Assembly (NCBI GenBank): GCA_011109175.1
Contig: RDEW01000017.1
Coordinates: forward strand, 434,001 to 498,000
Source: Dicyema japonicum
Taxonomy: Eukaryota; Animalia; Dicyemida
Direction: 5' to 3'
DNA: 64,000 bases
Part shown: piece after piece, positions 13,011-24,716 of the stretch
Layout: each line of letters starts with the position of its first letter
Numbering within the stretch: the first letter of the stretch is position 1
Notes under the pieces: model-generated
Database searches by the model: none
The model's input: only the letters and a program-made list of their open reading frames with translations
What the model was told of the DNA's origin: nothing
Program-made: the position numbers and the translations under genes

Positions 13011-13719
13011 AAAATCTCTTTATGCAATAGAAATTTCGACCCTCTTTCTAACCATGTGGCACTGTAGGAATAAATCTTCGTCATGTCATAATAATTGTTG
13101 AAAACATGGAAAAATTTAAATCCTGAAACAATAACGAATTGTTGGGAAACAATTAATAACTGTCGGCAACTGATTCCTAATTCAAATTTTTTAGTTAATA
13201 TGAGAAAGAAAATTTGGACACCGTAATTGCAGATGTAATTACTGAAATAAAGAAGAAAATGATGATAAGTATGACCAAACTGAATAACAGTTCACACTTG
13301 GACACAGTAACAGCAATGAATAACCTTGAAAAGAATATTCACCGTTTGTTTCCAGGTGCGATAAAAGACTATCACAATTTTAGAATATGAAGAAATCTGC
13401 AACAGGAAACAATATAATAGATTTTTTTAAAACAAAATATTTTTTTAACAATTAAACAAATGTCAGTTGAGGAAGCCTGCTGCGTGGATTGCGAACGAGT
13501 TCCCTCGGAGTATGGCCATTCCAATCTTTTGTCTTAGCCATAACCCTTCTCGTTGATCCTTTTTCTTTCTGGGAAGCAATCCTCCGAGTTCTCGCAAGAA
13601 CTCAGCCGTCATTGGACCAACGGCTTATTTTCGTGTACTAGAATAAAAAATCTTTTTCTGTTAAAAAATACATTAGTTATCAATAATATTAATGAAGACA
13701 TGCTTAAATGTTCATAAAA

Positions 13720-15050
13720 ATACTTTACTTATTAATAAAATTTTGGAAAAAAACATGCAACGTGCTTTCGATTCGGTGGCGTTAAAACTCTCTCGAGTTG
13801 GCAAAAATTTTGAAAGGAAAAAAGGAGATGGGTCACTTGCGTTACCTGATGGTATGAATGTAATTCTTGCCATATCCGAGAGCGTTGTGGCAGCTGACCC
13901 AAAAGAATGGGCGAGGCAGGTAGTCCTGCAGGTACGTAGCAGGCTATCTCGAATGCCCTGGAATGGTTGGCCATACTTGGCGAAGCTCTGCAGTAACAGA
14001 TTCAGTACTGCTATATCTGTGAGTGAAGTCAAGAAAATGGCTGTAGGCAAAGAGGGTACTGGTCTAAAGGGGCGGGGACCAGGTGACCACAACTGTCAAA
14101 GAGAGCACGAGCACCAGAGCTGTGATACGTTGCAGCTCAAGCATGTTTATGAGGTTTTTGCGCGGAATCTCGCTGCAGCGGCAGATGTCCCACTTGAGGA
14201 CCGTAGATTTACCAGCAAGATCCCTTATTGTAAGGTTAACGGAGTAGTTTTAACCTGTATCAATAAGGCTGTGGCTTATGCGGTGGAGGCTAAGCCAGTA
14301 GGGTCACTGGGTGACATCTCCCTAGTGCTGTATGCAGCACAGATCACCTATGAGGAATTGACGGACAAGCCCAGACCACCCAGTAAATGGAGGGAGCAGA
14401 TCTGTGCCAATTGCTTGGAGACAGACTGAGCTGGAAGCACTGGAGGTGCACATAAGTAGTGTGGCGAGAGGGGTTAGAGGAAAAGCACCGCCTATAGTAA
14501 AGGGACCAATTAGTAAACTCCGTGTTCCCAAATGGGACCTCAAAGAGCTGAGGAGCAAAGGTGGAGTTAGAGGGAGCAATAATGGTGTATAAGAGGAAAC
14601 TCTATACACATGAAAGTCGGTGTAAGAGAAGGATAGAAAATAATCTGTTTGAGTTTAATCGCAGATTGCTTTACCGTCGCCTCACGAAAATGGCCATAGT
14701 GTATGTTCCCAGCAGGACGCGGAAATGCTTTCCACATGGGGTAGTATGTGGGAGGCTAAACCACGCAGAGGAAATGCGTGAAATGTCCCGTACAGCGCCG
14801 CTCCTTTCTTGGTGGAATCTTGCGGAATTTTCGATTCCGCAAGAAATTTGAGGCGGTAGTGAGACATCTCCCTGATTGGAAAACGACCGGGGTCGATAAA
14901 GTTTATAATTTCTTTATCAAAAGATGCACTTCATTGCACGAGTCTGTGTCGTGTATTACAGAAAAGCATCACTAACCCGGAAAAGATTCCTGATTGGGCC
15001 TGCACAGGGACAACTTATTTGATCCCAAAGCTGGACAACCCTCAGTCTAA
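13720..15050 (+). mobile_element. R4/Dong-like (R2-group) non-LTR retrotransposon 5' half, degenerate
   Basis: YAAQITYEELTDKPRPPSKWREQI; YKRKLYTHESRCKRRIENNLFEFNRRLLYRRL; LPDWKTTGVDKVYNFFIK; PDWACTGTTYLIPK. These are pre-RT and early-RT motifs of R4-type elements. Confidence 0.75.
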
Positions 15051-15242
15051 TATTCGATGAACTAATTGTTAATAAGAAACAAGGTTAACAAAAAATATGA
15101 AGAATAGAAAAGAATCAAAAAAGTTATCAATTTCCATTATGTCTAAGATAAAATAGACACACAAACTCAATCAGATTTAAGCAATTTGTCAACACAAAAC
15201 GGACCTTCATTGCCTTTTCAATTAGATCATCAGGAAGTCTCT

Positions 15243-15731
15243 TTACAGAAGCGCCTCGATCCTACCGCTTACAAGAAAGGAAATCACCTTGACCTCTTGA
15301 CTGGACTTTGTAGTAAATAGGTTGCTCAGCGTGGCCTGAAGTGATATTGTATCGGATTTCTGTAACGATTGGCATATTTCTGATAATATGGAGTCCCGGT
15401 TTTCAGGTTCTATGGAATATGACCGACAGCACAGGAAGAAGACTGTCAATAATCGTTCCAGTTGTGTGAGGGGATTTTTGTCGTTCAAAATCTGTTCGAT
15501 TATTTCCCGGAGATTTTCCCCAGAGTCCACACCCATAAGTACGGATTTGAAAAAATTCAATGTGTTGTTAGGGACTGATTTGTAGGGCTGATTTAACTTT
15601 TCATTTGTAACTTCTAGTTGACTGAGAATATTGTCATATTTGCAATCCATAGAAGCATTTAGCTCATTGAGAACTTGTTTTAAATTAAATTCATCCTTCA
15701 CATCACTCAATGCACATGAATCCATCTCCAT
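15243..15731 (-). CDS. Hypothetical protein (162 aa), possible remote Sec1/Munc18 (VPS33-like) segment
   Basis: Uninterrupted ATG-started ORF between AT-rich flanks, with no TE motif. The middle (MGVDSGENLREIIEQILNDKNPLTQLERLL) loosely recalls VPS33 by eye only. Confidence 0.45.
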   Translation of the reverse strand: MEMDSCALSDVKDEFNLKQVLNELNASMDCKYDNILSQLEVTNEKLNQPYKSVPNNTLNFFKSVLMGVDSGENLREIIEQILNDKNPLTQLERLLTVFFLCCRSYSIEPENRDSILSEICQSLQKSDTISLQATLSNLFTTKSSQEVKVISFLVSGRIEALL

Positions 15732-16029
15732 TCTTAAATTAAAATCTAAAATATTATATATTTTTAATTACAAAAATGTAATTAAATTAAAATGACCATT
15801 CCGTGAAATTATATAATAATAATTATTATTAATAATTTCTGGTTGATGGTTATATGGTCACGAACACAGAAAGCCCATTTTATGCGAGTAATATTAAGAA
15901 TTTGTAGTCAATTCAGATGAGGAATTTTTTTCGAAATATTTTTCCGAAATAGTTTGGATTGTTTACAAAATTTAGTGGAGACAAAATTAATGTAAAAGGT
16001 GAAGATTTAGCATTTATTTTAGTCAAAAA

Positions 16030-16461
16030 ACTCTTTACTATGCTCGACACTGTTTGAAAGTTTACTATTGCAGCTAATTATTTGGGGCTGATAGACTTAA
16101 TTCTAAAAACAAGATTATTTAATGAACGAAGCATTTGCACCTAAAACATATTCGCTTCAAAACAAATTAATGTATTTCTATAAACTTCAAATAACTGTGA
16201 TTTTAGAAATACTACAATATTCGAATAAAAGTCCCCACCATATATGTCTATGCAATTCTTAGAAGTAGAACTGCAAGCTGCTGAACTACCTCTGTTGAAA
16301 GAGCTATTTCGCTAATATCAAAAATTTTCAAAAAAGATCGAAATTTTAAAATCTAAAATATTAATGACTATTTTTATTACATGAACACTTATTATTTTTT
16401 AATTTTACTATTTTTTAGTTTTTTTGCTATTTTTTTGCTATTTTACGGTACGTTTGCCCTA
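16030..16461 (+). mobile_element. hAT transposon 3' remnant
   Basis: TTSVERAISLISKIFKKDRN (hAT dimerisation-domain motif) followed by a terminus TTTGCCCTA. Confidence 0.6.
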
Positions 16462-17789
16462 GTAATTATCATTGAGATAATAAATTCAAGGTCGTTCAAC
16501 TTCATACTTAAAGAATTATTGATTAGCATAATTTAATTATTATTTTTTATTATGAAAACAATTTATTACGTAACATGACAATCAAAATAATCCAGGTCAT
16601 AGGATGGAATAGTTGATGTAGAAAACCTTACGAATTCATTTTAATCCGTGATTTGATCCATAAAAAATTATTTTGTAAATTGAATTTTTCTAACACGATG
16701 ATCAGTCATGTGTGCTAACAAACCTCGATTTAATTACAAGAATATCATTTATTTTTCATTTTAAATATTTGATTTTTTCAATGTCTCCTAAACATTGCTT
16801 ACAATGAGTACAACCAATGAAGTAGAGAGATATGTTCAAGATTTTCCCTATAGAAGATCTCAGTGACTCGTCGATAGTTTTCAAGAGGTCCATGTTAATA
16901 TAACACTGGACCATCTAAGAGGAGCTACGACTTGATATGAAAGTACCCCAAAAGTAAATTTGCAGTATATGGGTTGAGAAGAATATGATTGCTTGAAGTG
17001 CGAAGTCATTCTTAAGAGTTGAAATTTCCTGTGGGATGAGGGAAGTCAAAGAAGATAGTGTCCTCTGCATTAATGGTGGATATTTAATTGTATAAATTTC
17101 ACTCACATTCCGTTAGCTGATGTGGATAGTTTAATCTATTTATTCGTCGCACTCAAACTGCTATCTCCTGTGGGAGACCACAAGCCTATTCTCCAAACTT
17201 CACGCTGCTTAGCTACCCGATCAAGGGTAATTTGCTCTAAAAATTCCTTAAACTTGTAATTGATATTTAATTTATTCCAATTATAAAGAAATTTATCATT
17301 ATTTAATGATTTTATCGTTTTTTTAAATTATTGATTTTGTCTAACTCTTTTTGAGATGCTGATTTTTTTTTTAATTAAAAAGTTTTTACTACAAATATTT
17401 TTTTCGTACTCGATTTTTTCAATTTCTTGATTTAATTTTCTATTAAGATGAGGCATGAGTTGGATTAGGCGATTGTTAGTGGAGCAACTATCCACCTGCT
17501 TAGAGCGAATTATACTTAAACTAAAATTACTAAAATTATTATTTACCGGTTTTTTAATGGCTTTTTGTAAAAAATTGTTTTTCGATTATCCATGAACCTC
17601 TAAACAAACGCAATTGTAGAAACTTTCAGTTCAATCGGCTTGTGTCGATAACAAATTTTATTTATGTTAATTTTGATTTCGCTAATTTGCACGGTTGAAT
17701 GTACTAATTTTTAATTAAATGATTCTTTAAGAAGAATGATTCTGTAATTTTATGATTCGTTTTAATTGATCAATGATCATATAATTTGG

Positions 17790-18110
17790 TAAAATACAGT
17801 AGACTAATCTGCCACGATACAATTGTTGAAAGAGATCTTCCTACTTTCTCCCTGACCAAATCCACTGGTGAAGATTACCATTATGAAAACTCTTCCACCA
17901 AGAATGAAGTCATGTCCGCGACATTAGGACGTGTGATGAAAGTGGAAGAAGGCGAACCTAATTCTTCACCTATTTTCGGTAGTCCTTATTGGACTATTGG
18001 AGAGTGGATTTGGTCCAAATATGCAGATGTTCTCCCTTGGGTTCCTTCCTTGGATTAATCAGTTATGACTGTTTGTGCTGGGCTTAGATTGTAAGCTTGG
18101 ATTTAATAAA
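17790..18110 (+). mobile_element. LINE 3'-end fragment with internal inversion relative to the copy at 61020-61240
   Basis: 17990-18110 matches 61020-61142 in reverse complement and ends in a TAATAAATAAA tail. 17808-17848 matches 61190-61230 in the same orientation. Confidence 0.55.
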
Positions 18111-18479
18111 TAAAACTAATAATGACTCTTAAAACACAAAACATGATTTCTGAACTTTAACGTGGTATTTGAGTTCCAATCAACTAACTTGGATTTGGGC
18201 TCACTCAGGATTTTACATTTGATTGCAATTCAGATTTAATCAACTTTAATCAACGGGAATATTACTTTGGCATACCTTTGATTCCACTCACATTTGTAAA
18301 GAATGCAGTCAATAAGTAAGAACTAGAACAGGTTTATTGATGAACAGAAATTAGGAGCTAGTCGGAAAGTAAAGTATTTATAGACCTCCACAAAGATTGG
18401 TTAATAAATCAGCTCCTCTCTCGCTTATTTTTTTCCTCTTCGTGATAAAATGCATTTAGTAGGGTTATTTGATCTATCT

Positions 18480-21130
18480 CCAATGACTGGTTCAAAAGTG
18501 AACTGTCCATCGAGACTTTCGTATTTATTTTTCTTAATTGTCTTGACCCTTTCCGAAGCTGAAACTGGGTATGGTTAGACGAGAATAGTTGGTCTGATAC
18601 ATATTACTCTTGTAGGAAATTTTTCATTTTCTTGTGATAAAACGAAACCAAAGAACATCGCTTTTTCAGTTTCGTTACCTGAGACATTTAGGAGGTATGT
18701 CGAAATTATTGGCGGTGCGTTCTAAAGTAATCCTCTGTACAGGCAACGCTAGTGATTTCGTCTCGTATGATTGCAGTCGAAATAAGTGGATTAAAAACAG
18801 TAAGTTTTTGTCTTTTTCAAAACGCTGGGATGTCTGGTCACACTCAGAAACCATGACGTCTCGATTATCTTTCTCTCATTTATGTTGAGTTGAATGATGG
18901 AGTGAGGTTCGCTGATCCAGATTAGGTTTGATTTTTCCCGAGATGATTAAGAGCGTTCCTAACAGGTCAGATGAGTATTACAGAGAAAGACTTCTTGGAT
19001 TGGGGTGGGGAACTGATCTTTCTTTTTTTTAGTTTAAAGTCCTCAAGAAATGAGTCTTCATGACCAATCTTAACACGTAACTGAGTAAACGGACTCTCAG
19101 CTATCCTGACCATGGTGTCGTTTGATATGACTAATTCTCAAGGAGTTCGACTTTCCGGTGAGGAGCTTAACTCCCCTCCGGCCACATCAGCCTTGAACAT
19201 TCGAATGTATTCCACGAGTTTCTTTTCGGATAGAGTTGACTTGCCAGACACGTCCATTATTCAGATATAATCTGCGTAGATAAGTAGTTTTGAGTTCTGT
19301 CAAATGGGGTTGGAAAATCCCATATAAAGATATAAAAAAGGATCGGACTCAAGAGAAAGCCCTATGGTACGCCTCTTGCAAATGAGATCTCTTCTTGAAT
19401 ACACCTGGGATATCCTCCAAAGAGTACATGCTCCCATCAGGATTATCCAGGACAATCTTCCTCAAGTCTATTCCACAGACAGTTAGCCTATTGTAGATCA
19501 TCAGATGGACGGGTTTTTGATGTCCACTTTTGATGCTTCATTTCTCCATCTATGTTCCATAACCATCTTCCACTTTTTTTCTATGACTTTTTAATTAATT
19601 TAATTCTGCCTATGGGGGCCATCCAGCCCACCCAATCCATACAGCGTCTTAGCTTCACTCTTAAGCGATTCCTCTCTCGAATTAGATTCATGATTATAAG
19701 TGGAGTGCTGCTCCTCTTTTTAGGAATTCCTTTCGAAAATATCCTCTATCCATACAGCCTTAAGTACGTAAGTATCATATTTGATGACTCTCTGTTCATG
19801 GTTTCTATTTCATATTGACGATAATCTTACCAGTCCACATATAATATGTCGTATTTCAGGAAGACATCCTCGACAATATCTGGTTCCAGGTTTATAACAA
19901 GTTCTTGTGGTAGATGATCGCTCCGGATGTCCCACAAAGGCGTGAAGTTGTAGTGACACAAGGAAAACTCTAAGCATGTCTCCACCATGGCGAGAGAAGT
20001 GAATTGGCCCTTCCGATGTCAGGACCTTAATGCCAGCATGTTAAGTGTTCCAGTTGTCGTCCATCTCCGTTATTTTTGTAGCAGCCGTAGATCATTCTTG
20101 GCTTTTAGGTCACCTAACAGTATTTACATCGCATCCTGTTCAAAGAATTTGTAATCTCTGTAGAACAGTTCCTTATGTCCTTCGAATATATGTCCCGATG
20201 CTGATCCGTGAAGTAACGAACTTCAATGGATACGAATTCGCACTTCGAAACCGAGATGATGTTAGGGTTAGTAATTGTAAGTCATCACGTTCATAATGTG
20301 AGTATCAGCCTTCTTGCTTTTGTTTTGTTAACCACCAAAACGTTGACCTTGGTGGTCGTCGCAAGTAGTACCAGATCATGATGCCCCTTCTCTATGGATC
20401 AGCATTCACCAGTAGTATCTTCAAACTTCTCTTTGATTGGTTATTAGGTAGCCTGGGCTGTCCATTTCCAGGTCCACCATCTCCTTTAAATCTACTCCCA
20501 TAATTAAGCTAAGCTCCTTTAGTATTGAGATTGTATCTTTCAATTGTTGGGAGATCTCCTCAGATATATTACTTTGATTCTCCCAAAACAGCTAATTACT
20601 TTTGGGGAGGCCATTCGTCTACCCCTCTCAGCCAGATTCTTCAACTCTGTAATGCCTTCAATGCCTCCGTGATATCTTCATTTAGCTTCCGTGATATATC
20701 TAACTTCGGTTTTTCAATCGGTTTAGCTTCCAGTTTCGTAATACGTGTATCCATTTTCTGCCTTGCCGCGATTACAACTGAGCGTCCCGAATACCTGGCC
20801 CCGTACTTAGAAGAACCGCAGTTGACACAGTTCATTTTCGGACCAGATTTCACCTTCAATCCGCTTCTCCGGCACAGCGGACATCCATTCAAAAGTCCAT
20901 ATTCCTTCCTATGAAGAAACCGCAGCGGATTATCAAATTAGCCTCCGCCTTATATCCGATGGAAGCCTTTGCCAATGATAGCACCTGTCTTCATCAATAC
21001 ATGCGTGAGACTTTTGTGGTAGATGGGCCATCTCTTGGAGATAATCCAGGAGATCGCTATCCTCCACCCACAAGGGTATATTTCTCATGACGATCTATGA
21101 TGGCCTTTATAACATGGCTTACCATTAATT
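18480..21130 (-). mobile_element. Degenerate two-ORF LINE (gag-like ORF1 with zinc knuckles, then APE/RT debris)
   Basis: ORF 20641-20892: CPLCRRSG...CVNCGSSKYGARYSG. Around 19270-19400: RGVP*GFLLSPILF and LLIYAD. Confidence 0.75.
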
Positions 21131-21804
21131 AACATGAATACCAAAGTATGTAAACTTTTTTTTAAATTACTTAATTATTATAAATTATAATTGTTTCAAA
21201 TATAATTATAATGGAAAACATGTCTTGTGGTGCTTGTCCTCGAAATGTAACAAATTTAATTAAGTCGTTATCTCACACACTTACCAAGACTATCTCCAAC
21301 TCATTTGACTCCACTTTTCAGAGGAATTGTCTGTCATTGCTAGATGTTAGTACTGTCTTAGCAAATAACTTAGATTAAGTGCAATTGTCAGTTAAATTCA
21401 GCCTTAAATAATAAACTGAATGAACAATGCAATATCCCACATAGAGAATTACTCAACTGTAAACACGTGGTATCATTAATTACAACATTGCAGGCTAATT
21501 CTTACGTTTTCGATTTCTTTGAGGACTCGGAGTAATGTTTTTTATGAAAAGTTATGTTATATTATTAAACTTTTTTATTACGAACCTTAAATGAAACCGA
21601 TAAAGGCAGTTATTATGACAAGGCCTCAATTATGGCTCTCAGGCATTGAGAAGGAAATGGGAGTTCCCCTCATGATCGCGAGCCCTTTGTTCTGGAAGAG
21701 TCATCGCGTCATTCTAGGTTCTCCCTTCCGCAGTCCTGCAAGCTTCCCGATTAATCTAATGCTCGGACCAAGATCGTAAGATGTCTCTACGGGGACCGAC
21801 TGGA

Positions 21805-22040
21805 ATATTTATTAACCCCGGATACATCAAGAAAAAAGTTAAAGTAAACAACTAGTTAAGTGTATCCAGTTTCCACTTCTACAGAAAGAGCCCACCCGGA
21901 ATCAGCATAAAGGGTAAAAGATGTTTATTACTTGCAGTAATGGAAACCCCTCCAGTGGAGTGGGGGCGCAAATGATCCTTTTTTGTGCCAGCCTGACTCT
22001 GGGCACCACCTAGACAGGTAGATCACATGACGCCACTCTA
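21805..22040 (-). mobile_element. RTE 5'-head short element copy
   Basis: CCACTGGAGGGGTTTCC core; ends GGAAACTGGATACACTTAA, then a T-rich segment and TATCCGGGGTTAATAAATA. Confidence 0.6.
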
Positions 22041-22204
22041 ATAGTACGGGAAAGCAGAGAAACAGGTTAAACTAAATTAATTAAGTAAATTAGTTAGCTA
22101 TTTCACTGTATGTTTCATCTGCCTTAACCGATTTCCATTTCATAACCTCTTTGTTTTTATACTTAGCTTGAATAAGGTACTCATACACATACTTATTTAT
22201 TTAT

Positions 22205-22830
22205 TTGATAACCTCGAAAAGGGAACACCAAGAAAGGAGTAAACCAATTAATTAAGTGATCCCGGTACGCCTCAACAGGATCGAGAGGTTTTTTCTGTGT
22301 TCCTCCAGAGTACCCACAGCTTTCCTGAATAGACGACGATCATCTTTCATTAGAGTTTGAAGAGGAGTGGGTTTTTTCCCCAAATTTCGTGTATTTGAGG
22401 CCTTTAGCCTTGAATGGAAGAAACGACTTGTTTCTTGGCCACACAGACAGATGAAGCCGGAGCCATTATTTTTGATTGCGGCGTGGTCAAGCATTGGAGG
22501 GAAAAGATAGGGGGTAGATTCGTTTGACGTGCTAGTTTGCCAATTAGGGTATTGATCTTGAGTGAATTTGATATCGAAGCTCCATAGGCCCACGAGGCAC
22601 AAGCGTACTCAATCGTCGGTTTTAGAAGTTGATTGAACACGACGAGGGCGCATTCCTGTGAAGGTTTGGACTTCAAGAGCGGTTTGATTATATTAAGTTT
22701 CCTGAGACCCTTTGTCATAACGTTATTCACATGTTGAGAAAATGTCATCAAAGGGTCAAATGTCACTCCCAGGATAGTTGGACGAGTCTGTAGTGGTAAG
22801 GAGTCTCCAAAAATGTTCAAATCCAGTGTA
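22205..22830 (-). mobile_element. LINE 3' end ('...GIT*' family)
   Basis: PTILGVTFDPLMTFSQHV...LLKPTIEYACASW; ...PTPLQTLMK...EEHRKNLSILLRRTGIT*; short 3'UTR with TTGGTGTTCCC. Confidence 0.85.
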
Positions 22831-22939
22831 TGTTTTTCTTTTCTGTCCGTGGTAAAGATTGTATACGTTGATACACATGCTTTATAATTTTTTCTAATTT
22901 TTTAAAGATAATTTATTATATAACACAATAATTAAAATA

Positions 22940-23490
22940 ATCCAACTGAATGAATTAAATGGCTGTTTCCCCTAACTACTTCCAGAGAAATTTTTTAGAA
23001 CAGCCATTCGGCTTCCTGACGCCCGTTGCTCACTTTCGATTTCATTGATCCGAGCGATTTAAAAAAGTGATCGTCTTGGGCCCAAAGACTCCGCTAGTCT
23101 CGACGACAATGGTCTGTCATGGAATTTTGTAGAGAGACTGTTGTATTTTCTTATTGTGGAATTCTCGAAAGCTCGTGCTGCTTCCCCAGCTTTCAACGCG
23201 GAGTCTGAAAATCTTGGCTGGGAAATGGTGTATGTGCATGCCCCATCCAAAATCAAACATTTCCCCGAAAGAAAAAAAAGACTGCGATCTCTTTCCATCA
23301 CCACGATATCTTCGGTGTCAGAGATTTTTGTCTAATTATTTTTAAACAAATTTTAGATCCATTCTTAGAGAAGATCAAATTTCTTTCACTGATTTCTTGC
23401 AAGTTAGTAGTACGGGAGGATTCGATCTTTAGGCATAAAGGTTCTCGATCACCATTGGATAGTGATCCCTAGTAGATTCCATAGTTTTTT
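22940..23490 (-). mobile_element. CRE-clade retrotransposon 3' end (restriction-like endonuclease domain)
   Basis: ...SALKAGEAARAFENSTIRKYNSLS ... ETSGVFGPKTITF ... EWLF*KISLEVVRGN. Confidence 0.75.
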
Positions 23491-23552
23491 TCGTAGAATA
23501 GAAAAATAAATGAGTTACAACAATTTATATTATCTTAAACGAAATATGTTAG

Positions 23553-24716
23553 TTAGTTTCTTATTAGAGTGAGTAACGCTCTTTGATAGTCCCCGCTTGT
23601 TTCCGCCTATAGATAAATCTTCACCAAAAAGACCTTTACTCTCAAAGTGAGACTCTCATCTGTTAATATACCGAAGCGTTCCTTGATTTGAACCATATCC
23701 ACCTCGCATCTCGATATTATAATTCTCGACAGTGTATCGTCGTTAGTACCGATTCCTTTCATTGCATCTGATAATTTTCTAGCAAAGAACCCAGGCTTAT
23801 CATCAACACATTGGACTATAAATTAAAATATCTCCAATACCTATGGCCAAATATGTTTTGAGAAGATTGCCACTCATTTCTTTCTTAAGTACATTCTCAA
23901 ATTGATCCCCCGTTCGTTTGAGGTATTCTTCAAAAAGTGCTCGGAGATGTGGAAATGACCGATTTGCCATTATTCTGTTGAACACCGACTCATCAGTCCC
24001 CCATTTTTCAGTCCCTGCATTTTGAAGGGCGTAAACATCTTCTATAACTTTATCTCTAAATACTAATTAATTAAATTAACTGGTCGCAAGTGTCCCCCAT
24101 TTCTCGCTTATTCTGTAAAAGTGATACGATTATTCTTCTAAAGTCTCCACTAATATCATCACAGATATCTTTTTCCAATGCTCGATCATACACTGAGGAA
24201 GTTAACAGACTGAATACTTTTTTCATAATTCATTTTTATGGCTTCAAGCTGTTGGCTGGTCCTCGTGCAAATAATTTCAATCAAAGCCTCTTCATCACTT
24301 CCCAAACCCTACAATGTGAAAAAAATGAATCGACTTTGATTGCTTTATTAAGCTGTCTTGTGTCGTAATCAACTTCCTCTTCTAAAAGACCGAGGAGCAC
24401 TTTTCTAAAATTTCCATTTGTTTCTCCGTGAATGTCTCCTTTTAAGTCCTTTAAGGTCAATTTGATTGAAGTACCCGCCCGTAGTTTGATTTGTACTGTT
24501 CAGCTATTACCTGCCTTTGAAAATTCGTCCTTGTACACAAAATATTTATTAGCGCCTTCTCGTTGGTTCCTATATCTATGATCTTCCAATACCTATTCCT
24601 TTCATTGCCTTCCGCAAAATTGAGGCATCCAATTCTGGATTCAAATCTTTGACTTCCATGACAGTTCCTGATTGCTAAGAATAAATGATTAAAGTTTCCT
24701 CATAGTTCCTGCTCAT
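23553..24716 (-). CDS. Annexin (four repeats, ~320 aa); introns 24675-24698 (24 nt, GA-AG candidate), 24570-24592, 24449-24474, 24309-24334, 24193-24217, 24056-24080, 23816-23840, 23607-23633
   Basis: Spliced protein MSRNYEQSGTV...DASILRKAMKGIGTNE...GLGSDEEALIEI...KWGTDESVFNRI...AMKGIGTNDDTLSRIIISRCEVD...ETSGDYQRALLTLIRN* has four annexin repeats; 963 nt in frame. The N-terminal six codons depend on the non-canonical first intron. Confidence 0.95.

Noticed and set aside
16800-17270. Possible host gene (GC-richer island, ORF 16915-17106)
   Set aside because: No combination of 20-29 nt GT-AG introns that I tried on either strand gave a continuous or recognisable protein; left unresolved.
22959-23007. 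Hairpin ATGGCTGTT...AACAGCCAT as a terminator or MITE end
   Set aside because: Only 9 bp, and it lies inside the CRE C-terminal coding sequence; likely chance.
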